Positions 45,400-56,674 of a stretch of DNA of 64,000 bases are shown here, piece after piece. The position numbers and the translations under genes are program-made. Each line of letters starts with the position of its first letter. Position 1 is the first letter of the stretch. Origin of the DNA: Minisyncoccia bacterium (lineage in GTDB: Bacteria > Patescibacteriota > Minisyncoccia > UBA6257 > 2-01-FULL-56-20); the NCBI GenBank assembly GCA_049997875.1, contig JBEKRC010000004.1, positions 8,928 to 72,927 on the forward strand. Reading direction: 5' to 3'. The notes under the pieces are model-generated. The model had not been told where the DNA came from, searched no databases, and saw nothing but the letters and a program-made list of their open reading frames with translations.

Positions 45400-45810
45400 T
45401 TATACCTCGTACAAGCCGTCGAAATCGGCGAAGATAAGCCGGACGTTAAGGCCGGGAATGCGATTGCGAATGATCTCTCCCGCCTTTTTGAGCATGTCCT
45501 CATAGAACGCGCGGTCGTTGTTCCCGTCGCATGCGGCACAGTTCATATGCGCCATTGCGTAGAGCGTGGTGAAACCGTGTCCCATGAGCACTTCAATCTG
45601 CTCAAGGACAAACTCACGATCGCGCGGCTCTTTCGGTGTTACGAGCGGCTTCACTCCGCCCGGCACAAGGATAGGGTCGGGCATGTGGAAGGTGCCAGCC
45701 TGCGCGAACGTATGGCGCACTTCTTCGAACCTCTGATCGCAACACCAGAGAAACGCCTCGCTGTTATGATAATGCTCACTCGGCGATCGGTAATCAAAAA
45801 TCTTCTTCAT
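45400..45810 (-). CDS. Small hypothetical protein with beta-carbonic-anhydrase-like CxDxR and HxxC motifs (uncertain)
   Basis: WCCDQRF and HMNCAACDG motifs; only 136 aa from the ATG at 45810; 2 nt downstream of the atpC stop. Confidence 0.3.
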   Translation of the reverse strand: MKKIFDYRSPSEHYHNSEAFLWCCDQRFEEVRHTFAQAGTFHMPDPILVPGGVKPLVTPKEPRDREFVLEQIEVLMGHGFTTLYAMAHMNCAACDGNNDRAFYEDMLKKAGEIIRNRIPGLNVRLIFADFDGLYEV

Positions 45811-45811
45811 C

Positions 45812-46060
45812 CTATTTGCCCTCCTCAACGAGAAATCTCGCTTCATTCCCCGAGCGGACTTCCAAAAAACCGGAGCTCACGGGAATATAGTGCTCTTTTT
45901 GGTTATTATCAACAATTTTCATCGTTCCCTTGCTCAAAACGGAGATGAGCGGCCGGTGGTGGTTCAAAATGGTGATCTCGCCTATCCGCGTGCGGCAATT
46001 CACCAAAGACGCCTCGCCCTGAAACAACACCTTTTGCAATGAATAGACGCCGATTCTCAT
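45812..46060 (-). CDS. atpC: ATP synthase epsilon chain (short, beta-sandwich domain only)
   Basis: 82 aa; the pattern LVNCRTRIGEITILNHHRPLISVL...YIPVSSGFLEV matches the epsilon N-domain. Confidence 0.75.
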   Translation of the reverse strand: MRIGVYSLQKVLFQGEASLVNCRTRIGEITILNHHRPLISVLSKGTMKIVDNNQKEHYIPVSSGFLEVRSGNEARFLVEEGK

Positions 46061-46065
46061 GATTG

Positions 46066-47460
<1,395 letters not shown>

Positions 47461-47463
47461 TTA

Positions 47464-48396
47464 TTACGATGCCTGCGTGCCAGACGTGATCTCAATGATC
47501 TCCCGCGTGATGTTTGCCTGGCGTGATTTATTGTATTCCATGTTGAGGTCCTCCGAAAGTTCGGAGGCGTTATCCGAAGCGTTCTTCATCGCCACGCGCC
47601 GCGCGGAATGCTCCGAGGCGTTCGCCTCCAAAATCGCGTGGTAGATACGGATTCTCAACAGCTCTGGCGCAAGTTCCGCAAGTACTTCTTTCGGCGACGG
47701 CTCGATAAGATATTCCCGTTCTTTTTCCTCAAGGAACGATTCCGATCTTGCATACTGGGAATACCGCCCGGCGCGCGGAATGGTCTCTTCAATGGATTGC
47801 TTGATCACCTCGTACCCGATGGGCAAGAACTCACGCGCGACGGCGTCCTGCCGCAGCGCGGTCACGAATGTGGTGAAGAACACGACCACACTGTCAAAAT
47901 CGTGCCTTAAAAATCCTTCAATCAAAAAATTGGAAATGGGCTCCACCTCTTCCCGCTTCGTATAATCGCCCACGCGCGTGAAGGTCCCAACCACATTGAG
48001 TTTTCGCCGCTCAAGATAGCTCTTCGCTTTCTGGCCAACCGCAACAAAAGCATATTGCGGATTGTGCGGATCAATATGTTCTGATCGGAGAAAATGTTCA
48101 AATCTTCTGATAACAGCGCTGTTGAACGAGCCCGCAAGCCCTTTATCGGAGGTCACAATCATGAATGCCGTTTTTATGACCGGCCGCGCAACGAGAAGCT
48201 CCGGCATTGGCACGTCTTTAAGTTCGGAAAGAATACCCAAAAGTTCCAGCGCGGTATAGGCATACGGCCGTGAAGTGAGCGCAAGTTCCTGCGCACGGCG
48301 CATCTTTGTGGCCGCCACAAGTTCCATCGCCTTCGTAATCTGCCCGATATTCTGGACGCTCTTTATGCGCCGCTTGAGATTCTGTGCCGATTCCAT
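47464..48396 (-). CDS. atpG: ATP synthase F1 gamma subunit
   Basis: 310 aa; N-terminal IKSVQNIGQITKAMELVAATKMRRAQ and C-terminal ITREIIEI match gamma. Confidence 0.9.
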   Translation of the reverse strand: MESAQNLKRRIKSVQNIGQITKAMELVAATKMRRAQELALTSRPYAYTALELLGILSELKDVPMPELLVARPVIKTAFMIVTSDKGLAGSFNSAVIRRFEHFLRSEHIDPHNPQYAFVAVGQKAKSYLERRKLNVVGTFTRVGDYTKREEVEPISNFLIEGFLRHDFDSVVVFFTTFVTALRQDAVAREFLPIGYEVIKQSIEETIPRAGRYSQYARSESFLEEKEREYLIEPSPKEVLAELAPELLRIRIYHAILEANASEHSARRVAMKNASDNASELSEDLNMEYNKSRQANITREIIEITSGTQAS

Positions 48397-49923
48397 TTAT
48401 TTGGTGAGAAAGCGCATGATGGCTTCTTTTAATTTCGCTTCCGTTGCGTCGGAGAAATCGCCTGTATCGCGGATCGGTTTTAAAATGTCGTTCTCGTGGA
48501 GCTTCGCTAAATAGTCCAGCAAGCCGTATTCGGTTTTTTTGATATCTTCCACTGCGACGTTCTCAAAATAGTTGTTGAGCACCGCGTAGAAGACGCATAC
48601 CTGCTTCTCGAACGGCACAGGCGCAAGGTCTTCCTGCTTCAAAACCTCGTTGATTTTCTGGCCTTGCGCGATTTTCTTTTTCGTCGCTTCGTCCACGTCG
48701 GTCGCGAACTGCACGAATGCCTGGAGCTCGCGGAATTGCGCGTGGGCAAGGCGCAGCTTGCCGGCCACTTTTTTCATCGCTTTCGTCTGCGCGGTAGAAC
48801 CCACGCGCGAAACGGAGATACCGACGTTCAGTGCCGGGCGCAAGCCCTGGTAAAAGAGGTCGGATTCCAGATAGATCTGCCCGTCCGTGATGGAAATGAT
48901 GTTGGTCGGAATATATGCCGTCACGTCGCCGAGCTGCGTCTCAACGATCGGCAACGCGGTCAGGGATCCGCCGCCTTTTTCCTTGGAAAGTTTCGCGGCG
49001 CGTTCAAGCAAACGCGAGTGCAAGTAGAAAATGTCGCCCGGATATGCCTCACGGCCTGGCGGGCGCCGGAGCAGGAGTGAAATCTGCCGGTACGCCCACG
49101 CATGTTTTGAAAGATCGTCGTAAATGACGAGCGCATCTTGGCCCTTGTCGCGGAAGTATTCCCCTATCGCGCAGCCGGCATAGGGCGCGAGGTACCATAA
49201 GGCCGCGGGCGAGGATGCCGACGCCGCGATGATAATGGTGTATTTCAATGCATCAAATTTTTTCAGCGTTTCCGCGATCCTCACGATCTTGGATTCTTTC
49301 TGCCCGATCGCCACATAAATACAAATAGGGGTGCGCCGCGTTTTGTCGTTCAATTGATTTAAAATAGCGTCCAGTGCGAGCGCCGTTTTCCCCACCTGCC
49401 GGTCGCCGATGATAAGCTCACGCTGGCCGCGGCCGATCGGAATCATAGAGTCAATGGCCTTGAGGCCGGTATGGAGCGGCGTGTTCACCGATTCTCTTTC
49501 CAAGACCGACGGCGAGTGTCCCTCAAGCGGATTCCTCTGCGGTTTCGCGTTAGTTTTAAAAACGGGTCCACGCCCGTCCAGCGGCACGCCCAACGGATTC
49601 ACCACGCGGCCGATAAGTTCCTCGCCCACCTCAATGGAGAGCACCTGGCCGGTGCGTTTCACCGTATCCCCGACCTCAATCGTCAAAAAGTCGTCAAGTA
49701 CCAAAGCGCCGATGGATTCCTCTTCAAGGTTCAGTGCAAGTGCCGCACGCGTGCCCTGTGTGGTTTCAATTGCCAAAATTTCTTGGCTCACCGCGTTTCG
49801 GAGACCCAGGATCTTCACGATGCCGTCGCCCACCTCAATCACGCGGCCGATTTCCTGCCATTCAAGCTTTTCTTTGTATCCCTCAATCTCCCGTTTTAGT
49901 TTTTCTATTATTTCGTAAGACAT
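48397..49923 (-). CDS. atpA: ATP synthase F1 alpha subunit
   Basis: P-loop [12 protein letters not shown]; 508 aa. Confidence 0.97.
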   Translation of the reverse strand: MSYEIIEKLKREIEGYKEKLEWQEIGRVIEVGDGIVKILGLRNAVSQEILAIETTQGTRAALALNLEEESIGALVLDDFLTIEVGDTVKRTGQVLSIEVGEELIGRVVNPLGVPLDGRGPVFKTNAKPQRNPLEGHSPSVLERESVNTPLHTGLKAIDSMIPIGRGQRELIIGDRQVGKTALALDAILNQLNDKTRRTPICIYVAIGQKESKIVRIAETLKKFDALKYTIIIAASASSPAALWYLAPYAGCAIGEYFRDKGQDALVIYDDLSKHAWAYRQISLLLRRPPGREAYPGDIFYLHSRLLERAAKLSKEKGGGSLTALPIVETQLGDVTAYIPTNIISITDGQIYLESDLFYQGLRPALNVGISVSRVGSTAQTKAMKKVAGKLRLAHAQFRELQAFVQFATDVDEATKKKIAQGQKINEVLKQEDLAPVPFEKQVCVFYAVLNNYFENVAVEDIKKTEYGLLDYLAKLHENDILKPIRDTGDFSDATEAKLKEAIMRFLTK

Positions 49924-50309
49924 TATTGAAATAACTTGTCCAATTTCCCCTTGAGCGAGCCGTCAAACTGAAGTTCGTCGTTGATCAAGACCCTCACTCC
50001 CGCCACGAGCTCCGGATCTATCTTTTCCTCAATAACGTCGCCCTGTTTCGTGAGCGCCCGGAGCGCTCGCTTCTGCGTTGCGGGAAGCGACCGCGCCGTC
50101 TCTATCGTCATTTTCCGTACCCCGCTTTTTCCCCGCACGAACCGCGCCGCTTCTTCCACAAGCTTCCGCAGATGCGCTTCGTCGCCGTTCTGCCGCACGA
50201 GCGCGATGAACCGCCTGACAATTGCGTCCTGCGCCGCACCACTCTCTCCTTTCGCGGCCACGATCACTTCGGCAAGCGCTTTCGCGTAAATGTGGGCGGG
50301 GTATTTCAT
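49923..50309 (-). CDS. atpH: ATP synthase delta subunit (OSCP), short
   Basis: 128 aa, helical; position between atpF and atpA; YAKALAEV N-terminus. Confidence 0.7.
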   Translation of the reverse strand: MKYPAHIYAKALAEVIVAAKGESGAAQDAIVRRFIALVRQNGDEAHLRKLVEEAARFVRGKSGVRKMTIETARSLPATQKRALRALTKQGDVIEEKIDPELVAGVRVLINDELQFDGSLKGKLDKLFQ

Positions 50310-50809
50310 GCGGTTCGTTTTGCTTCTTCCACCGCCTTCGCGATCAAGGCGTCGTCAATCTTCTCCGGCGACATTTCCACGGTTTTTGCGATGGCGCGCC
50401 GCACGAGCGCCGCGGCTTCCTTGTCCATTGCCTTTCTCGCGTCCTCCTCCTTGGCCCGAACACGCTCGCCCATGTCCCGCATCGCTTCTGCTTCTTTGCG
50501 CTTCGCCTCGGCGAGCATTCTCGTTTCCACCACCTTCGCGTCGGCCTCGGTTTTCTTCAAAATGCCCACTGCCTGCACTTCCGCCTCTTTTATTTTCCCC
50601 TTGCCGATCTCCTCCACTTCCGCGAGGCGCCGGTCGGCCTCGTCGGCTTTCTGAAGTCCCTCTTCAATCCTCGCACGCCGGTCATGCAGAAGCTTCAAAA
50701 GCGGCTTGTAGACAAAAATCCGCAGTACCACGAGGAGCAGGAAAAAATTGACCGCCTGGCTCAAGAGCAGGTGCCAATCTATCCCAAGCTGTGAGAATAA
50801 TTGTTGCAT
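50306..50809 (-). CDS. atpF: ATP synthase Fo subunit b
   Basis: N-terminal TM helix then a long charged coiled coil; 167 aa. Confidence 0.8.
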   Translation of the reverse strand: MQQLFSQLGIDWHLLLSQAVNFFLLLVVLRIFVYKPLLKLLHDRRARIEEGLQKADEADRRLAEVEEIGKGKIKEAEVQAVGILKKTEADAKVVETRMLAEAKRKEAEAMRDMGERVRAKEEDARKAMDKEAAALVRRAIAKTVEMSPEKIDDALIAKAVEEAKRTA

Positions 50810-50842
50810 AAAACCCGACTACCGGTTACTGGTTACTGGTTT

Positions 50843-51073
50843 CTAAGAGACGAACTTGATGATGAGTGCAATGACAAGCGAATAGATCGCGATGGCTTCC
50901 GCGAACGCGATGGCCAGGATCGCCATCGTTTGCACTTTGGTCGCCGCTTCGGGATTCCTTCCGATCGCATCCACTGCCTTTGAACCGATCCAGCCAATCG
51001 CGATTGCGGGCACGATGGTGCCCATGCCGATGGCGCCGAACGTGGCAAGAAGCCGGATACTGTTAACGTCCAT
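50843..51073 (-). CDS. atpE: ATP synthase Fo subunit c
   Basis: Two-helix hairpin with GRNPE loop and the conserved acidic residue in helix 2 (AFAEAIAIY). Confidence 0.9.
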   Translation of the reverse strand: MDVNSIRLLATFGAIGMGTIVPAIAIGWIGSKAVDAIGRNPEAATKVQTMAILAIAFAEAIAIYSLVIALIIKFVS

Positions 51074-51096
51074 GCGTAATTGTTTTTGAATGAAGT

Positions 51097-51858
51097 TTAT
51101 GCGACCTTTTCAATTGCGTGCTCGTCAAAATCTTCGCCGTGCGAAACCGCTATGGCGACAAACACGAGGGTAAGCATCCCGAAGATGAACGCCTGGATGA
51201 ACCCGACGAAAATCTCCAAAAACATAAATGGCAAGGGCGCCAGGTACGGTACCAAAAAGGCCATGATGGCCAGAAGCACCTCCCCCGCAAAAATGTTCCC
51301 GAAGAGCCGGAATGAGAACGAAATAATCTTAGCAAATTCGGAGACAAGTTCAAGGATGCCCACGAAAAAGTCTATGGGCCCCTTGAAGTTGAAGAAAACC
51401 GAAAGGCGTGCCTTTAATCCAACGGCTGCTACGCCGAACGCGTTCGCGAAGGTGACCGCGATGAGCGCGAGCGCTAGCGTAAAGTTAAGGTCGCTCGCGG
51501 GCGAACGCAGGAGCGGGATCGCCCCGCCCCCCTGACGGACCACGATAGAACTCACTCCCGGGAAAAGCCCGAGCCAGTTTGAGCACAAAATGAAAAAGAA
51601 GACCGTGAACACGAGCGGCAGATATTTTTCCGCCTTTTTACGGCTGCCGAGCACGGAACTCATGAGGCCGAGGGCGCCCTCAAGGAGAATCTCTATGACG
51701 CCCTGTGCATTGCCGGGAACAAAAGAAAGTTTGCGCCGCAACGCGATCGCCACCACGGTCAAAAGCACAAAGACAAGCGCGGCCAGGAGGACCGCATTCG
51801 TCACCGGGAAGCTCCCGATGCGAAAAATCTCTTCCGCGCGAAGCGAAATTTGCAGCAT
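51097..51858 (-). CDS. atpB: ATP synthase Fo subunit a
   Basis: Five or six TM helices and the conserved Arg-containing helix (SFSFRLFGNIFAGE). Confidence 0.9.
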   Translation of the reverse strand: MLQISLRAEEIFRIGSFPVTNAVLLAALVFVLLTVVAIALRRKLSFVPGNAQGVIEILLEGALGLMSSVLGSRKKAEKYLPLVFTVFFFILCSNWLGLFPGVSSIVVRQGGGAIPLLRSPASDLNFTLALALIAVTFANAFGVAAVGLKARLSVFFNFKGPIDFFVGILELVSEFAKIISFSFRLFGNIFAGEVLLAIMAFLVPYLAPLPFMFLEIFVGFIQAFIFGMLTLVFVAIAVSHGEDFDEHAIEKVA

Positions 51859-52053
51859 ACGAGGGAATTATAGCAAAAAATTGCGGAATGTAAAAATCCC
51901 GTTGTTTAACGATTTTTTAATAAAACCCGCTTTCTAGTTGTTTTTGCTTTGAGCGTGCTTGTATATTTCCGATATCTAAATTGTGACGCTGTCCGGTATG
52001 CCGGCCGCCCCGGCCGATTCCCCACTTTCGCATAGTTTTTCATTTTATCAAAA

Positions 52054-52446
52054 CTATAAGTTTTGGATCAAAAAACCACTAAGCACTTTCAAGTCTTTTT
52101 TGTCTGGGTCGTAGTAATAGGTTTTTATACCAACGGATCGAGCGCTTTCTACTGCCTTCTGATCGTGTTCAAAATAAATGACGTCGTCCTTGCTTAAGCC
52201 AAAGTGTCCGAGCATCATTGCATAATATTTCGGGTCAGTTTTTTCCGGGTTGTGCTTCAATGTAAAAACTTCGTAGGGCATTTTATCCAAACCAAACTCT
52301 TTGAATTTCTCGTCATCAGCCCCTGTCAAAATAATTTTTCTATTCGGGAAAGTTTCAAGCAAATCATGCATTTCCTTAAAGATCTTGAAAGCGCCTCCTT
52401 CCTTTATTACAAAAGCGTGAACTGCATCAACGAGAATTGTTTTCAT
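52054..52446 (-). CDS. Small HAD-like hydrolase-fold protein (uncertain)
   Basis: 130 aa, AT-rich; N-terminal ILVDAVHAF and GADD resemble HAD motifs I/IV but DxD is not conserved. Confidence 0.35.
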   Translation of the reverse strand: MKTILVDAVHAFVIKEGGAFKIFKEMHDLLETFPNRKIILTGADDEKFKEFGLDKMPYEVFTLKHNPEKTDPKYYAMMLGHFGLSKDDVIYFEHDQKAVESARSVGIKTYYYDPDKKDLKVLSGFLIQNL

Positions 52447-52520
52447 AATTTGATAGTAACAAATCTTACGCTATCTCACTACTCACCATTTCGAAAGAGG
52501 ACGAGCCGCGCCCTACAAAC

Positions 52521-52991
52521 TCAACCAAGCTTTGGCAACGCAAAGGGACTCTTCAGATATTCGCGGTACAGGCAAATGTTTTCCATATGATCAAACGCAA
52601 TCTCACTTTCAGGAGGCAATGCATTCAAGGAGAACCATCGCAATTCACTGTTTTCATCGTCGGGGACGCCGGTTTGTCCCAATGCGGTGCAATAATGTAC
52701 AAAAGAGATATTTTGCCTGTCTTCCCCGGGACGATGAGGACTATCAACGATGCGCAGAAGAACGAGGTCTTTCACCTTGTACCCGGTTTCTTCAAACACC
52801 TCGCGCACCACCGCTTCCTGAATGGTTTCGCCAAGCTCCATATAGCCACCAACGAGCGCCCATTTGCCACCCTCTAAAAACTTTTGCGCGCGCTTTACAA
52901 GTAGAATCTTGTCATTTTTGAGAACGAGGGCATCAATCACTGCATGACGCAACGAAGCCTTGCCCCCGTCTTCAAATATACAAGTAATCAT
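52521..52991 (-). CDS. NUDIX hydrolase
   Basis: Nudix box GGKWALVGGYMELGETIQEAVVREVFEETG. Confidence 0.85.
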   Translation of the reverse strand: MITCIFEDGGKASLRHAVIDALVLKNDKILLVKRAQKFLEGGKWALVGGYMELGETIQEAVVREVFEETGYKVKDLVLLRIVDSPHRPGEDRQNISFVHYCTALGQTGVPDDENSELRWFSLNALPPESEIAFDHMENICLYREYLKSPFALPKLG

Positions 52992-53581
52992 GTTTGAACC
53001 AGTTCCGCCAAAATATCTTCGGTCTTCCGGACGCGCCCCATCCTCGGAAAAATATTTTTGACGGAGTTTTCGTGCTCCTCGCCCGTGCGGCTGGACGTCA
53101 TGGCATCTTCGGCAAAAATCTGCTGATAGCCGTATTCGTACGCGAAGCGGGCAGTGCTTTCCACGCCGATACTCGTAGAGATGCCGCAGAGCACGATCGT
53201 ATCAATGCCGCGCCGCCGCAATTGGAGGTCCAACTCGGTGCCGTAGAACGCGCCCCACTGGCGCTTCGTGATCACGAAATCTCCCGGCTCGGGGCCAAGT
53301 TCGGGAACGATCTCCGCCCAATCCGGCGCCATGTTCGGAGAGGCCGGAAAGGCAGGCGCATCGGCGATCGGCGTGAGACCGTCCTTCCTATCCGGCGACG
53401 GCGTGACCCTCACGAGAAATACCGGCATCCCGTTTTTCCGGAAGGCTCGCGCAAGAGCGGAAGCGTTCTTCACGACCAAGCCCGACTCGTGCGGCCCGCA
53501 CGGCCTCCCCACAATGCCCTTTTGAAGATCAATCACCACCAGTGCCGTCTTGGTTTTGTCGGCAATGATACGATCAGCCAT
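52988..53581 (-). CDS. Isochorismatase-family cysteine hydrolase
   Basis: N-terminal ALVVIDLQKG, catalytic Cys in TIVLCGISTSIGVEST. Confidence 0.8.
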   Translation of the reverse strand: MADRIIADKTKTALVVIDLQKGIVGRPCGPHESGLVVKNASALARAFRKNGMPVFLVRVTPSPDRKDGLTPIADAPAFPASPNMAPDWAEIVPELGPEPGDFVITKRQWGAFYGTELDLQLRRRGIDTIVLCGISTSIGVESTARFAYEYGYQQIFAEDAMTSSRTGEEHENSVKNIFPRMGRVRKTEDILAELVQT

Positions 53582-53712
53582 CGCCTTATTTTACCAAATA
53601 TAAAAATTTCCCGCTCCAGCGGACGGACCCTAACTCGGCATCGTTTTAATATTGGTTTTCCTCGCTCGGAGTTGTTGCTTGACCCGAATTCTATGCCTGA
53701 TTTCACCGCGAA

Positions 53713-53737
53713 GCAGGTTCGAGTCCCGCCACCGGGG
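53713..53737 (+). other. tRNA-like 3' fragment: T-arm (GCAGG-TTCGAGT-CCCGC) plus a 7-nt acceptor-like strand, with no foldable 5' half upstream
   Basis: GGTTCGAGTCC T-loop consensus seen on the plus strand; no complementary acceptor 5' strand or D/anticodon arms were found in the preceding 150 nt. Confidence 0.35.
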
Positions 53738-53802
53738 GTAAGGTAGTACGAGATAGCGCGGTCCAATCTGAATCCGCAAAGGAGTTTGTAAACTCAAATT
53801 GA

Positions 53803-53831
53803 GTGGGCAGGCGCCGAAAGCGTCTGCCCAC
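53803..53831 (-). terminator. Hairpin GTGGGCAG-loop-CTGCCCAC immediately downstream of the isomerase-like gene, followed on the minus strand by a T-rich tract
   Basis: 8-bp perfect stem with a structured 14-nt loop; the gene stop is at 53859. Confidence 0.5.
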
Positions 53832-53858
53832 AAAACGTCATCATGTTGAGATGCGATC

Positions 53859-55064
53859 TCAGAGATGCGCGAACGCTTCACTGAAGGTCGCAATGGTCCA
53901 CCTAGCGGACTTTTCGAGCGCACCGATAGTGTCGGCATACCGACAGAATCGGGCGTCGAACTCCACTGCGAAAGGATGACCAGTCTGGGCAGACCACTTG
54001 GCGCCGAGTTTAATCGTGTCGAGCTGGTCCTTCACCCACTCCGCGACACCTTCTCCGGGCAGAAAGTCGTTATCAACGTACTGCTGGAACTCCGAGGCAG
54101 GCGTGCCGCCCGGCTTGGACAGCAGCTCTGTGAAGCTCACAGTACCCAGTCCACCGGAGTTGAGATGTATCGCGCCGCCGAAGACACCTGCGTCGATTGC
54201 TTGTTGCATCGCAGCGGCGAACTTCTGGCCACCGCCACGACTGTGGCAGAATTCTCCTTGCCACTCGGCGACCATGGCTCCGGCCACCTTATTGATTTGC
54301 CGAACGCATTCAATCTCGAGCGAAGTGTCCGTGAATACGTCGAGATAGCAAGGATCGCCGGCAGGTTTGCCCTCGATTTTCAGCTTTGTGTTGGTAAACC
54401 CCCTTTCCCGAGCCATCTTCACGGCGTTGCCCACGCCGTTCACGATCAGACTCCACTCCTCGAGTTGCGGATTGAAATCGTGTCCGAGGAGCACGTCGTG
54501 ACCCTGGACGAGCCTCTTCCACCGAATGCCGTCCGGCCCTGTCCAAAAGATTACATCACCTTCGCTGCCTGCCATCTTGACACGGTCCGACCACTTGAAG
54601 CTGTAGATCAACATGTCGCTGGCTAGCTTTCGACGGATCGGATCTGGATTGATGAATGCTCCGTCATCGCTTCCGGGAAGACCGAACCCGGGAGGAACGA
54701 TGCGTCCGATCAGCGGGTAGTGGCCGCACAATGCGCCATCCATCCATTGATCGAGGGAGATACCCCGTGGATTGTTCCACTGGGCGCTGTAGCCAACTTC
54801 TGGCGCGTCATCGGGAACGCGCAGCTCGTGCCACCAGTGACCCGACACTGCGATCTCGATGCCGTGCTCGGCCATCAAGCGCTTGTTCAGTTGAGCAACC
54901 GCCCAGAGCGCTTCGGCCATAGTTGTATAACCACCGGCAGTCGGGTTCCCGAAGGCCATAATCTGCCTCAGGAGATGCCAGCTACCGACCAGTAACTTCA
55001 ACGTAGGCGCGTGTTTCATGCTGTACCATCCTTTTTGTGTCAGTCTTATTACGGTTGTGAACAA
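53859..55064 (-). CDS. Sugar isomerase of the L-rhamnose-isomerase (RhaA)-like TIM-barrel type
   Basis: 401 aa; IAVSGHWWHELRVPDD and LLGHDFNP resemble the E. coli RhaA motifs VSMHCWQGDD and GLDFNP; the assignment is tentative. Confidence 0.4.
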   Translation of the reverse strand: MFTTVIRLTQKGWYSMKHAPTLKLLVGSWHLLRQIMAFGNPTAGGYTTMAEALWAVAQLNKRLMAEHGIEIAVSGHWWHELRVPDDAPEVGYSAQWNNPRGISLDQWMDGALCGHYPLIGRIVPPGFGLPGSDDGAFINPDPIRRKLASDMLIYSFKWSDRVKMAGSEGDVIFWTGPDGIRWKRLVQGHDVLLGHDFNPQLEEWSLIVNGVGNAVKMARERGFTNTKLKIEGKPAGDPCYLDVFTDTSLEIECVRQINKVAGAMVAEWQGEFCHSRGGGQKFAAAMQQAIDAGVFGGAIHLNSGGLGTVSFTELLSKPGGTPASEFQQYVDNDFLPGEGVAEWVKDQLDTIKLGAKWSAQTGHPFAVEFDARFCRYADTIGALEKSARWTIATFSEAFAHL

Positions 55065-55612
55065 CCTCCGTTACATTAGTACGAATTAAGTTCTTGTCAA
55101 GAAATTCGGCCACACCCGTCAGTTCCGATTTCTGCCGCTGGTAGCAGTTCCGGACAAAAAACGAAAACGTAGCACACTCTGCGAGCGGCATTTTTCTTAG
55201 GGTCTTATTAACCCTGGGTAGGTCACTTTCACCAAAACTGTCTGCTCTGGCAGTTGGAATCGAAACGCAATAGAGCCACATTCAATACCCTCGCATGAGA
55301 TTTTTATAGACCATGTTGAAAACGGCCGTACCGTGGAGCCGCCGGGATTTGCGCCCGATTCTTCGCTTTCCAAAGACGATATTCTAACTGTAATAAACTA
55401 CGGCCCCGTCTCCACGGCGCGCTTACCATAGCAAAAACACGATTAAAATTATTTAAAATGCAAACGGCCACAAAAGTGGTCGTTGCACGGAAAGCGAAGA
55501 ATTAATCCGTAGTCATACAGACTAATACCGTCTTCCTAAAAAGGATAGCGCTCCCGAGCAAAAAGTCAAACATCGTTTAATAAAAATTTAATGTCCCCGA
55601 GAACAACGAAGC

Positions 55613-55754
55613 GCCGCAGTGCTTTTGAGAGGATCGCGCAGCCCCGTTCGGCTTGGTCCGAAATGCCGTTGCGTGCATTTCGGCGAACGGGGCGAGCGGC
55701 AAGAAAAATTTCTCGCCGGAAGAAATTTATTCTGGCTCTCAAAAGCACTGTGGC
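55613..55754. repeat. ~140-nt nested inverted-repeat (long-stem hairpin) element immediately 3' of ftsX
   Basis: The outer 15-19 bp arms (gCCGCAGTGCTTTTGAGAG ... CTCTCAAAAGCACTGtGGC) enclose the inner inverted repeats CCCCGTTCG/CGAACGGGG, CCGAAATGC/GCATTTCGG and GGCGAG/CTCGCC. Confidence 0.6.
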
Positions 55755-55760
55755 GCGAGC

Positions 55761-56672
55761 CTAGTTTCGTAGGTACCGCCTGACCGCAATAAAACTGGAA
55801 AGTCCGCCGATCACAACACCGAAGAGAAGTTCGTAAAGGAAAAATTGCAGGAGATGGACATAGAAATATCGAAAAATGCTCAAGCCGGGGATGAACACAT
55901 CAAGATACGGCGAAACGAAATAAAGCATGGGCGCGATCAGGATCAGGCTGACGACCGTTGAAATCGCGCCGCAGAGCACGCCCTCCACCACGTACGGCCC
56001 GCGTACGAGGGCATTGGAAGCGCCCACCACGCGCATGACGCCGATCTCCTCGCGGTTGGAATAGATGGCGAGGCGGATCGTATTGAAAGCCACGAGCCCG
56101 GCGATGAGCGCGAGAAGCAGCGCGACGACAAATCCGCCGGTCTCCACCGTTTTAACGATCTTTGCGAGCCTTTCAATCACGGTCTGGTTATTGTAATAGC
56201 TCGGCTGGCCATCAAGGTACTGCGTGATGTCGGGCGAGCTCAAGTATTGCGCGATCGCCGCGTACTGGCTCGGATCCTTCGCTTTGATATTGAGCGACGC
56301 TTCCAGCGGATTCGTATCAAGTTCGTTGATCGCCTGGCTCACGGTCGCATCGCTCGCGTGGTTTTGCTTGAAGATCGCGAGCGCCTGATCGCGCGAAATA
56401 TAACTCACGCTCTGCACCTCCGATAATCCCTCAAGCGACTGCTGGATGTTCAAAATCTGGTCCTCGGAGGTGTTCGTATTGAAGTACACGCTGATGTCAA
56501 TCTTGTCTTGGATGGAGGCAGCGGCGCGGTCGGTGATCACGCCGAAAATGATGAGCGAACCGAATACGAAAAGCGCAACGGTCATGATGGCCATCGTCGC
56601 CATGGAAAGCCACCCGTTCCGCCGGAAGTTCTTCAGCCCGAATTGGAAGATGCGCGAAATGACCGTGATCAT
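55761..56672 (-). CDS. ftsX: Cell division permease-like protein FtsX
   Basis: 303 aa; N-terminal TM, large periplasmic loop, three C-terminal TM helices; follows ftsE. Confidence 0.85.
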   Translation of the reverse strand: MITVISRIFQFGLKNFRRNGWLSMATMAIMTVALFVFGSLIIFGVITDRAAASIQDKIDISVYFNTNTSEDQILNIQQSLEGLSEVQSVSYISRDQALAIFKQNHASDATVSQAINELDTNPLEASLNIKAKDPSQYAAIAQYLSSPDITQYLDGQPSYYNNQTVIERLAKIVKTVETGGFVVALLLALIAGLVAFNTIRLAIYSNREEIGVMRVVGASNALVRGPYVVEGVLCGAISTVVSLILIAPMLYFVSPYLDVFIPGLSIFRYFYVHLLQFFLYELLFGVVIGGLSSFIAVRRYLRN

Positions 56673-56674
56673 GG

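Noticed and set aside
52994-53746. 250-aa plus-strand ORF
   Set aside because: Antisense to the isochorismatase gene and running through the tRNA-like fragment; Arg-rich.
53582-53860. Possibility that the gap encodes tmRNA (ssrA)
   Set aside because: The 3' acceptor-like strand ends ...CACCGGGGG rather than pairing with a 5' GGGG start, no tag-peptide reading frame (ending AA-stop) is visible, and the gap is only 277 nt. It is kept only as a tRNA-like fragment.
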